Shown here: one piece after another, positions 29,915 through 38,695 of the stretch | How the letters are laid out: the number at the start of each line of letters is the position of its first letter | Numbering within the stretch: position 1 is the first letter of the stretch | NCBI GenBank assembly: GCA_048886685.1 | Contig: JBHLKM010000006.1 | Location: 1 to 64,000 of the forward strand | Source of the DNA: Candidatus Hodarchaeota archaeon | GTDB taxonomy: Archaea; Asgardarchaeota; Lokiarchaeia; Sigyniarchaeales; SOKP01 | Reading direction: 5' to 3' | Length of the DNA stretch: 64,000 bases | Notes under the pieces: generated by a model | Databases searched by the model: none | The model's input: only the letters and a program-made list of their open reading frames with translations | Told to the model about the DNA's origin: nothing | Made by a program: the position numbers and the translations under genes

Positions 29915-32116
29915 TTAAGCAATTTTTCTATATTGGAATTCCCATGTCTTCCGAACATACAGAGTATCATTTATAGTATCATAAACAAAAGCCCTTTCAC
30001 TCAATCCCCCTGTATCTTCCGCTTCGATCTCAATATCCAGCGATTTCAATTCATTTTTTACGGCATCTAAATTTTCTTGATAAGTCATATCATAATCTAG
30101 GAATAATTTAGCACCACCAATAATTAAAGCTCTAATATTGGTTTTTTTTGCGCCATTATATAATAAATTATTGAATAAGTCTTTTACAGATGTATCAGCA
30201 AACGTATGAGGAAATAATAAATGATAACCTTGTTTCGAAGCTGATGAATCAGGCAACGAAATATGTGAGATAGCAAAAATGTTATTAATCGGATCCTTTA
30301 GAATTAGACCTATACCTGAACCTAATCCTTGAATAGCGAATTTTGTAGCGTTTGTGTCTTTATCAAATGAATTAATCAAACCGTAATATCCCATTGGGAT
30401 AATATATTCTCTTTTACTATTTGCTTTCTCAACTCGATCATACCTTTTTTCATCAAATGGAGTAAAAACCTCCTCTCCTTCTTCTCTAAGTTCAATTTCC
30501 TTCGAATTAATATTTATTTGAATTTCTCGTTGAATTATCTGTCTAGAGTATTGACCTACCTGATTTAATCGATCCTGTAATTGCCTTTCCTTTTGTTCTA
30601 TGACTTGTTCTCGTTTTTCTAATCGTTTCCTAAGTCGCTCAAATTTGTTAATCTTATCATCAACTTCTTTTTCTTTTTCTCTTGCATTTCTATAGAGGTT
30701 CTGTATTTTTTTCTTTCTTTGTTCCAATTTGGCTAATTCTTTCTCGAGAAAAAATGCTCTCTGTTCAAGGGTTTCTTCTCGTTTCTCTAAATTTAATTCC
30801 CTATTATTCAGTTCTTCTTCTCTTTGTGTCAATAAATGTTCTCTTTTTTCAAATTGAGATGTTTCCTTTGCCTTTAAAGGATTAATTTTAGTAGCAGTGA
30901 TTGGTTTCTTTTTTGGTAAAGTGGGATCATATCCATTATTAACGACTATTCCTGTAATTCTAACTTCAGCAGGTTCTATTCTTTTAGTTCTTGAAACTTT
31001 TTGAGGTTTTTTTTTATCTTGAGTATTAGTTTCTACTTTTAATTTCTCACTTAAATTTACCTTTTCCAATTTTTTTAAAACAGCAGCATCTTGAACCGGT
31101 TTAGCCTCAACTTGAGCTTTAGGGTTTTTTTTCTTACTTTCTATTAATTTTATTTCATCCACAGTTTTAAACTGGTTTATTTCTTCTATATTTGTTCTTA
31201 GTTTTTTGAGATCTAAAGATCTTCTTTCATTTCTAGCTTCTCGACTTTGGAATGAGTTATATATTTTCTGTTTAAAACTATCATCCTGAGCCGATAAATT
31301 TTTGATGTAAAAACGATCCCTAATACTAATTGTTTCAAAACATGTATTTTGAGGTGAAAATGTTTCTGAACCTCCTAATATCAATAAACCACCATTACGT
31401 AGCCGAGATTCCAATACTCTCATTAGTTTTTCTCGAGCATATTGATTAATATAGATAATGAAATTTCGACAGAAAATTACATCAAATTTTTCATTGGCCT
31501 GATGTCCCTTAATTATATCTTCTTGAAAAAATCGTACCTTATCTTTGATCTTTTGGTTAATAATATATTTCGGTCCAAGTTGAGTGTTTTTCTTTGAAAA
31601 ATATACATTTAATAAATTTTCAGGCATTTCATGGACTGAATATTCTCCATATATTCCTTCACTAGCTAATCTCAAAGCATTTTTATCTATATCAGATGCA
31701 TTTATTTCAAAATCTGGAAACCCATTACTTAGATTTATAAATTGATCTAATAAGATAGCAATAGAATATGGCTCATCCCCTGTAGCGCACGGAGCTGACC
31801 ATATTTTAAGCGGTCTATTTAAATCTTTAATATATATTTTTAAGAATTTCTCGAAACTCTCAAATACATTAAAATTTCTAAAAAAGTACGTGTAATTTAT
31901 CGTAAATTTATCTAAAAATAAATCAACCTCTTCAGGATTTAAGCTAATATATTTTATATACTGCTGATAATGCTCGAAATTTAGATGTTTCATTCTGTAA
32001 AAAATTCTTTTTTCTAAGAAATTTCTTTGATAATGCTCGAATTTCATCCCAGTTGCTTTTTTTAATTCAGTTATTAGGAGATCGATTGAGTTAGGATTGA
32101 GAGATGGTAACGCTAT
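29915..32116 (-). CDS. CheR methyltransferase - coiled coil - CheD-like fusion; probable ATA start at 32116
   Basis: TINYTYFFR, IWSAPCATGDEPYSIA, ASDID, FDVIFCRNFIIY (CheR); GLGSGIG, HISLP, FAD, GGA, EDTGG..R (CheD); the frame extends 23 codons upstream of the ATG at 32047. Confidence 0.88.
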   Translation of the reverse strand: MALPSLNPNSIDLLITELKKATGMKFEHYQRNFLEKRIFYRMKHLNFEHYQQYIKYISLNPEEVDLFLDKFTINYTYFFRNFNVFESFEKFLKIYIKDLNRPLKIWSAPCATGDEPYSIAILLDQFINLSNGFPDFEINASDIDKNALRLASEGIYGEYSVHEMPENLLNVYFSKKNTQLGPKYIINQKIKDKVRFFQEDIIKGHQANEKFDVIFCRNFIIYINQYAREKLMRVLESRLRNGGLLILGGSETFSPQNTCFETISIRDRFYIKNLSAQDDSFKQKIYNSFQSREARNERRSLDLKKLRTNIEEINQFKTVDEIKLIESKKKNPKAQVEAKPVQDAAVLKKLEKVNLSEKLKVETNTQDKKKPQKVSRTKRIEPAEVRITGIVVNNGYDPTLPKKKPITATKINPLKAKETSQFEKREHLLTQREEELNNRELNLEKREETLEQRAFFLEKELAKLEQRKKKIQNLYRNAREKEKEVDDKINKFERLRKRLEKREQVIEQKERQLQDRLNQVGQYSRQIIQREIQININSKEIELREEGEEVFTPFDEKRYDRVEKANSKREYIIPMGYYGLINSFDKDTNATKFAIQGLGSGIGLILKDPINNIFAISHISLPDSSASKQGYHLLFPHTFADTSVKDLFNNLLYNGAKKTNIRALIIGGAKLFLDYDMTYQENLDAVKNELKSLDIEIEAEDTGGLSERAFVYDTINDTLYVRKTWEFQYRKIA

Positions 32117-32270
32117 TTTTTACACCATAGAGTTAAATTTTTAGAATTTTTTTCTAATACATTATAAATTAATGCATAATAAAATTTTGGGAAGAAAATT
32201 TTGTTATTGTTAGTGTAACAAAATAAACTTGAAAGATGAGTTTCATTTTGTGGTAAAAATTATAATATTT

Positions 32271-33020
32271 TCATGTAAAAGAAATAAAACCCATTTTAAT
32301 TAGATTTTTGCAAACATTATAGACTCTTTTTTGTTCTATATTAAGTTCTTTAGTGATTTGGTTAATGTTTTTCTTTCCATCTATATTTTCGTACACCTTA
32401 CATGAGATTTTCCCTGTTAAATAATGTTTTGGATTGATCTTTTTAGTTGTAGTAAAAACTGGAACAAAATCATAATATTCAGGATTAGATTCAACTATTT
32501 CAGGCTCATTTTCTAATCTTATACCATTATCAATGTCATCTTCAAAACTTCTCAACCAATCATGCACTTTTTCATTATATTGAGCTTGCTTTACTTTTTC
32601 TTCTTTTTCAATATATTGTTCAATTACACTTTCAAATGATTTAAAGCTGTTTAATCTTCCATTCCAATTTAAAATTTGATTGTAATTGAATGTTTTTAGA
32701 AAAAGGTTAGAAATTGATTTTAAAAACTTTTGTACATTCGGGAGTTCTGAATTATTATCATATGTAGCTAGAAAAATTAAATCTTCAATGTTAGGATCTT
32801 TTAAAAAAGAGAGCTTCAGATTGTTATTTTCTAATTTCAACTCGCTTATGGTTCCTAAATTTTCATAAGAATCGGAAAATGAATTTAGAGCCGAAAAGAA
32901 ACCCGATACCATTATTAGATTATCTACTTCTGAAAACATATCTTTAACATCAGAAGAATTAGAGAAACTCTTAGACAGTAGCGGTAATCCATCTTTAATA
33001 ATTAGAACGTCGCAAATCAT
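32271..33020 (-). CDS. Longin domain + winged helix, NPRL2/NPR2-like protein
   Basis: N-terminal MICDVLIIKDGLPLLSKSF...LIMVSGFFSALNSF longin-type pattern; C-terminal YDFVPVF...IDGKKNINQI...V...KNLIKMG. Confidence 0.7.
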   Translation of the reverse strand: MICDVLIIKDGLPLLSKSFSNSSDVKDMFSEVDNLIMVSGFFSALNSFSDSYENLGTISELKLENNNLKLSFLKDPNIEDLIFLATYDNNSELPNVQKFLKSISNLFLKTFNYNQILNWNGRLNSFKSFESVIEQYIEKEEKVKQAQYNEKVHDWLRSFEDDIDNGIRLENEPEIVESNPEYYDFVPVFTTTKKINPKHYLTGKISCKVYENIDGKKNINQITKELNIEQKRVYNVCKNLIKMGFISFT

Positions 33021-33212
33021 TAAACTCAGTAAAATAGCTCATAAATAATTAAAAATAATAAAATTATACGAAATATACTAATTATATCTAAAAAATGGAA
33101 ACTATTATCTAATTATAATACTTCAGTGATATCAGAATAATACAATCAATCTTAAAAAAATGATTCTACAAAAAACTTTTGCCAGGGTAGGCTTATTTGG
33201 TGAACTCTAAAA

Positions 33213-33956
33213 TTGAAAGCAATTATTTTATGTGCTGGTTTTGGGAAGCGGATGAAGCCTTATACTAACACTTACCAAAAATCCATGATACCAATTCATG
33301 GAAAACCTTTATTAGAATATATAATAAATGGATTAATTCTTGCGGATTTAAAAAAAATAATTATTGTTGTAGGATATCGCAAAGATCAGATCATGGATTA
33401 TTTTCAAGAAGGAGATAAATGGGGGATTAAAATTGAATATATTGAACAGAAAGAAATAAATGGTACGGGAGGTGCCTTACTAATTTGCGAAGACTCAATT
33501 AAAAATACCCATTTTTTCTTAACCTGGGGAGATATATTAGTTTCTTATAACGTATATAAAGAAGTAATTGACATATTTAACAATGAGAAACAAGATTATG
33601 TATTAGTTACCAACTTTAGTGATGATCCTTTTAAGGGAGCAGCGGTTTATTCAGATAATAATTATTGTATAGATATAGTAGAAAAACCTCCTAAAGGTAA
33701 ATCAGACTCAAATCTTAATAATTGTGGTGTCTTTGTTTTTTCTAAAGAAATTTTTCAAGTATTACAAGAGTTAAAACCGTCAGAGAGAGGTGAGATTTGC
33801 CTAACAGATGGAATTAGCATTGGAATTAAAAACAGAAAATGGAAAGTCAGAATATTAAAAATGGAAAGGGAATGGTTTCGAGGTGATTTTGGTGATATTA
33901 AAACATATGAACAATTGAAAAAAGAAATCAAATGGGTAGAAGAGCTCAATCATTAA
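33213..33956 (+). CDS. Sugar-phosphate nucleotidyltransferase
   Basis: KAIILCAGFGKRMKP, GTGGAL, WGD, IVEKP, SERGE. Confidence 0.88.
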   Translation: MKAIILCAGFGKRMKPYTNTYQKSMIPIHGKPLLEYIINGLILADLKKIIIVVGYRKDQIMDYFQEGDKWGIKIEYIEQKEINGTGGALLICEDSIKNTHFFLTWGDILVSYNVYKEVIDIFNNEKQDYVLVTNFSDDPFKGAAVYSDNNYCIDIVEKPPKGKSDSNLNNCGVFVFSKEIFQVLQELKPSERGEICLTDGISIGIKNRKWKVRILKMEREWFRGDFGDIKTYEQLKKEIKWVEELNH

Positions 33957-34090
33957 AGTTAATATATTATTATTATTCTTAAAACTCTATTATGTACTAT
34001 TATTTTCTTTTATTAAAAAACGGACTATTTAAAAAATTTAAATAGTCAAAAACCTTTTTTCATAGTACTTACCAATTTAAAAATTTATAG

Positions 34091-34666
34091 TTGATGAAAT
34101 TGAGTAGTGATAAATACAAAAACCGATATTATTATAAAGAATCTTATGAAGCTGCAATAGGGACATTTGCGACGGCTATAGTCTTTCTTTTTGTTGCGAT
34201 TTTATCATTATTTTTTAGAGCTTTTGATATAGAATTTATAGGATTAAAAGATTGGGGCTATTGGCTTTTCATCCCCGCTTTTTTCATCTTTATTGGAGGC
34301 TTTCAGCAATTATATCGAAAATACAAATATCAACAAGTAGTCAAAAATGCACTTATTCAAAGAAATTTTCAAGGAACTCACAAACTCGAGCACATTGCAT
34401 TGGAAATCGGGATGAGATCAAAAGATATTTTGCGTGTATTGCTGGACTTACGTGCTAAGGGTATAGTTCGATATAGTTTTAACTCAGAAACAGGGGAAAT
34501 CATTTTAGGAAAATCAATAACATATACCCAGGCAACTGAGTATGTTCCTCCTGCAAAAAAATTAGAGACTCCATTACCTACTGAAGGAAAGAATTTTTGC
34601 GTTTATTGTGGTCATAAAATAGAGACATCAGGGAACTTTTGTCCTAATTGCGGATCAAAGCTCTAA
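34091..34666 (+). CDS. 2-TM membrane protein with winged-helix-like segment and C-terminal zinc ribbon
   Basis: Two hydrophobic helices; LEHIALEIG...VLLDLRAKGIV; FCVYCG...FCPNCG. Confidence 0.78.
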   Translation: MMKLSSDKYKNRYYYKESYEAAIGTFATAIVFLFVAILSLFFRAFDIEFIGLKDWGYWLFIPAFFIFIGGFQQLYRKYKYQQVVKNALIQRNFQGTHKLEHIALEIGMRSKDILRVLLDLRAKGIVRYSFNSETGEIILGKSITYTQATEYVPPAKKLETPLPTEGKNFCVYCGHKIETSGNFCPNCGSKL

Positions 34667-34690
34667 ATTATTTTTTTTTATTTTTTTTCT
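34667..34690 (+). terminator. Oligo-T tract, likely archaeal terminator
   Basis: Two long T runs immediately after the stop of 34091..34666. Confidence 0.45.
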
Positions 34691-34762
34691 CAATAAAATT
34701 TTTTTACTTACCATTAATTAAACCATATAGGAATTAGAGTTTCTAATTATTGGTGATTTAAA

Positions 34763-35080
34763 ATTACAACATGCGAAGAACGAGATGGAATTATTTCAGA
34801 AAAAGAAGTTAAAGCAGTAAATATCCCGTTTGAAAGAGAAAACATCCCTTTTGAACGATTATTTAATCCTCGCGTTGTAGTTATAATTGGTGTCAGTAAA
34901 GGAAGAGGTTGGGGAGGAGCACATTATTTGGAGACTTTTAAAGAATATGAATATCCCGAGGCGATTTATCCAGTTAATCCAAAATCTAAAACAAGAGAAA
35001 ACGGAATAGTTGTTTATGATTCAGCTGAAGCAGCTGCTAAATGTATTTATAGTCTATGGAATTATGGAAATTATCTCTAA
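34763..35080 (+). pseudogene. Internally deleted remnant of an NDP-forming acyl-CoA synthetase alpha subunit
   Basis: Manual translation: ...FERLFNPRVVVIIGVS...IYPVNPK (CoA-binding N-terminus) joined in frame to ENGIVVYDSAEAAAKCIYSLWNY (extreme C-terminus); 105 codons from ATT after GGTGAT. Confidence 0.75.
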
Positions 35081-35191
35081 AATCGAGGAATTAATCCTCC
35101 TTTACTTAAGTAAAAAAATTTTTCCATTAAGAATCATTTTTGATTTTTCTTATGATATTTAAATAAGTAAATACGTTATTTTAAATACTTA

Positions 35192-36214
35192 ATGAAATTT
35201 CTAAAAGTACCTAAACCAATTTCTTGTGGCTTGATTCTTTCTTATAAATGCAGTGTTGAATGTAAACACTGTATGTATTTTGGTTCACCAAAATGGAAAG
35301 AATATATAAATGAAAAAACATTGTGTGATGTTTTAACCTATTTATCAGAAATAATTGAGCCATCTCCATATGGTCCTGAAAATGTTAGTCTTAATTATGG
35401 TCTCCATTTTACTGGTGGAGAACCCTTTTTAAACTTTCCAATTTTATTAAAAGCTGTTAAAATCGGTAAGAATTTGAATATTCCTTCCACGTTTGTAGAA
35501 ACAAATTGTTTTTGGTGTAAAAATGATGATATTACGGGGGAAAAGCTCTTTAAATTAAAAAATCAGGGACTTCATGGTATTTTAATCAGTGTAAACCCAT
35601 TTATATTAGAAAATATACCGTTTGAATATACTAAGCGTGCTATTAGAATGAGCATGGAAATATTTAGAGAAAATTTTATGATATATCAAATATACTACTT
35701 TAACCAATTTCAAGAATTAAACATTAAAGAAAAGCTGTCCATTGAGGACTATTTAAAATATGTAAATATTAAAGATCTAAAACGAAATGTAGAGTTATTT
35801 AAAATGGGACGTGCTGCTTATTCACTTCAAAATTTTTATACAAAATTCCCGATTAAACATTTTTTTAATGAAAACTGTAGTAAAGAATTATTAAGAAATT
35901 GGCATTGTCATGTTGATCTTTATGGAAATTATATGCCTGGGTATTGTGGGGGTATTTCATGGGGAAATATTGAAAATATAGACTTACTTGTTAGTAAAGG
36001 CATTAATCTTGAAGATCATCCAGTTTTAAAAATCCTAATATTTGGGAATTTCGAGCAATTCTATAATTTCGCTATGGATAACTATAATTATTTAGAACTA
36101 GAGGAGGGTTATGTTTCAAAATGTCATGTTTGTCTTGATATTAGAAAGAAAATAGCATCAAAAACTGATGACTTCAAGGAACTTAATCCTATTGAATTCT
36201 ATAATCACTTTTAA
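35192..36214 (+). CDS. Radical SAM protein
   Basis: CSVECKHC (CxxxCxxC), HFTGGEPF, VETN; extra C-terminal Cys (YCGG, CHVC). Confidence 0.9.
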   Translation: MKFLKVPKPISCGLILSYKCSVECKHCMYFGSPKWKEYINEKTLCDVLTYLSEIIEPSPYGPENVSLNYGLHFTGGEPFLNFPILLKAVKIGKNLNIPSTFVETNCFWCKNDDITGEKLFKLKNQGLHGILISVNPFILENIPFEYTKRAIRMSMEIFRENFMIYQIYYFNQFQELNIKEKLSIEDYLKYVNIKDLKRNVELFKMGRAAYSLQNFYTKFPIKHFFNENCSKELLRNWHCHVDLYGNYMPGYCGGISWGNIENIDLLVSKGINLEDHPVLKILIFGNFEQFYNFAMDNYNYLELEEGYVSKCHVCLDIRKKIASKTDDFKELNPIEFYNHF

Positions 36215-36682
36215 TAAAATATAAATGATAAATTAGATTTAAAATTTAAAAATCGTCAGATTCTCTATATTATGAAGAAAATTTCGCTTTTTTTTCAGAA
36301 TGTAAGTGTTTAGCATCTTTAATTAATTGATCATATATAACATAGACTTTTTTAAAGAATATTCTGATTCGAAACTTAACATTTCTTCAGTAATGATATT
36401 TTACACACATTTTAGTAAATAATTATGTATGGAATTGATATTAATAAATTCTACTTTTTGTCAAACTTGTGCAATTTTCAATTATTTTCATTTAGGTAAA
36501 GAAACTGAAATCAAAATGCATATTTGTCGAATTAACACTAAACTACTAGGGGCTTTCATTTTAAATAGGTAATTGCTGCAATATATATAAAATTGAAATT
36601 TTCTTTGAGATGAAAAACTATTTCAAAAGGCTTTATTAATAAAGAATTTTCTGATATCTATACAGAAAAAAGCCATGAATCT

Positions 36683-37093
36683 ATGATCTCAGAAAATTTC
36701 AATCATGGAGATTTCCAAAATAGAAATGATAACATAATTTCTGAACTTGTCTCAGAATTATTTAATCATATAGAATCAAAGCAATCGTTTGATTTCATAT
36801 CAGATTTGCTACTTAATTCCTTAAATATATATAAAAAAAAGTTCTCAGTTGAAAATTTTCGTTTAAATCTAGAAAATAATCTAAATTTAAATGATACCAT
36901 AGAGATTATTGGTTTTAAACAACAAGTATCCGATACAAAAACAGAATACCTTTCAATTTCAAATGATATTCATTCTATATTATCTAATTGCACCCATTTA
37001 ACTAGCAATCAAAAACTTGATTATTGTAATAGCCAAAGATATTTCATGAAATTGTATATGAAAGAAATTGTCGTGAAATTAAAGGAACAATGA
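36683..37093 (+). CDS. Hypothetical protein
   Basis: 136-aa ORF; no motif recognised. Confidence 0.5.
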   Translation: MISENFNHGDFQNRNDNIISELVSELFNHIESKQSFDFISDLLLNSLNIYKKKFSVENFRLNLENNLNLNDTIEIIGFKQQVSDTKTEYLSISNDIHSILSNCTHLTSNQKLDYCNSQRYFMKLYMKEIVVKLKEQ

Positions 37094-37190
37094 TCATTTT
37101 TATTTTATAATTTATAATAATGTTCCTAATTGATATAATAAAAAGAAAAAAATGATAAAACGTATATTATTCTATTAAATCAATCTCTTT

Positions 37191-37904
37191 CTAGGTTCTA
37201 AGTCCAAGATACATCCATAGAGCGAATGAAGCCATTAAAATCCTTACAATTCCAATAGCAAGCGGAATTGTAATGATAGCATCTAAAGCTCCACTTAATA
37301 CAAAGATTATAAATCCAATAGATAAGTACGTGAATTTTTTTCTTAATATGCCCGTAGATTGCTTTGCTTTAATTGCAAAACCAATTCCTAGAAGTACCAA
37401 AGCTGAAACTAAGAATATTGCTACAAGTAAAAAAGTCGGATGCAATATTTCAAAACTAGCATCAATTATTTTTTCACCTTCAAAGCCGGTTTCAACACCA
37501 AGCTCATCAAAAGAAGCAACAGTATCAAACCAAAGAAAATATTCAAAAAGAATGCCTAGTGCTAGATATACCCCTAAAAGTATCCATTTTCTTTTAGGGA
37601 TTATTAATTCACCCCCAAGATAGATTGCGAAGATTAAGGCTGGGGCGACCCAAAGATAACTTAATCTTACATAGGTTACTGGAGGATCCCCCGGAATATT
37701 TTCCCCTCTAGATAAAATAAAGATAAAATCGACTGTTGGACCAAGCCATAAAAAACCAACGAAAATCATAGTTAAACCTGCGATAGTAAGAAGTCTCGCT
37801 TTTAATTTTAAAGACTTATATAGTGAAAAAAATCCAAATGCCACTGAAGATAGAACTATTAAAGCTGAAGTAGAACCATCTAAGATCCCTTCTATATGAA
37901 CCAT
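37191..37904 (-). CDS. Hypothetical 7-TM membrane protein
   Basis: About seven hydrophobic helices; GGTGT SD upstream. Confidence 0.8.
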   Translation of the reverse strand: MVHIEGILDGSTSALIVLSSVAFGFFSLYKSLKLKARLLTIAGLTMIFVGFLWLGPTVDFIFILSRGENIPGDPPVTYVRLSYLWVAPALIFAIYLGGELIIPKRKWILLGVYLALGILFEYFLWFDTVASFDELGVETGFEGEKIIDASFEILHPTFLLVAIFLVSALVLLGIGFAIKAKQSTGILRKKFTYLSIGFIIFVLSGALDAIITIPLAIGIVRILMASFALWMYLGLRT

Positions 37905-38074
37905 CTCTTTATTACACCATTTTTTATGAAAATGTCATTCTAATTATATATTTATTTATTTATTTTGCATTTATTTATAATTATATTTTTTGGAGTAATA
38001 AAAAGTAATATAATTTGGTAAAGTGTAAGTCTAATGGTTCTTTGAATATTAATATTTAAGGATTTCTAAGGTTA

Positions 38075-38614
38075 TTAAATTGTTCTATAAAAAAATGTTG
38101 CTATATCTCCAATATCCTTATTATATTCTAACTTGAGTTTAAATTCTAAGTACTGAGTAAAATTTTTTAATGGATACATATGAGAAATTATAATAGCACC
38201 ATTTTTTGTCGTTTGAAATACGTGTTTAAGATATTTTTGCATTGAAGGTAAAGAATAAATATAGATGAAATCATATTCCTTTAAATTATAGGTGTAAAAA
38301 TCTCCATTTATGAATCTGATTTTGGCCAAGGCTTTTCTTTTTCCTTCTTTTAATAATCGAATGGATTCTTTGGCTTCTTCTGTAAGGATTGGATCAATTT
38401 CAATCCCAATCGATCTTATCCCATAATTTATTGCAGAATAAATAATTACTTGTCCATTTCCAGAACCCAAATCTATAAAATTTTGTTTAGAATTTTTCCG
38501 TAGGCCAAATTCTCTCTCAAGCGTTTTAAATATCTTCTTAAGATAGACTCGTTTAGTCTCTTGAAATGGTAAATCTATTTGAGAATAGAATTTATCATAT
38601 TCCTTTTCATACAT
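38075..38614 (-). CDS. Class I SAM-dependent methyltransferase (DOT1/FAM173-like)
   Basis: FIDLGSGNG, SIGIEID, GDF, DFIYIY. Confidence 0.82.
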   Translation of the reverse strand: MYEKEYDKFYSQIDLPFQETKRVYLKKIFKTLEREFGLRKNSKQNFIDLGSGNGQVIIYSAINYGIRSIGIEIDPILTEEAKESIRLLKEGKRKALAKIRFINGDFYTYNLKEYDFIYIYSLPSMQKYLKHVFQTTKNGAIIISHMYPLKNFTQYLEFKLKLEYNKDIGDIATFFYRTI

Positions 38615-38695
38615 CTTAAAGTTTCAATCATCTAAAAACTTTAATTGTTTCATAATCATGTATTATTTAAGCGTAATTAAATCTTATGAAATAAT

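Noticed and set aside
35085-35106. Hairpin GAGGA-ATTAA-TCCTC as a terminator
   Set aside because: Only a 5-bp stem; too weak to support
36215-36682. Possible degraded gene in a long intergenic gap
   Set aside because: Only short stop-interrupted fragments with no recognisable homology
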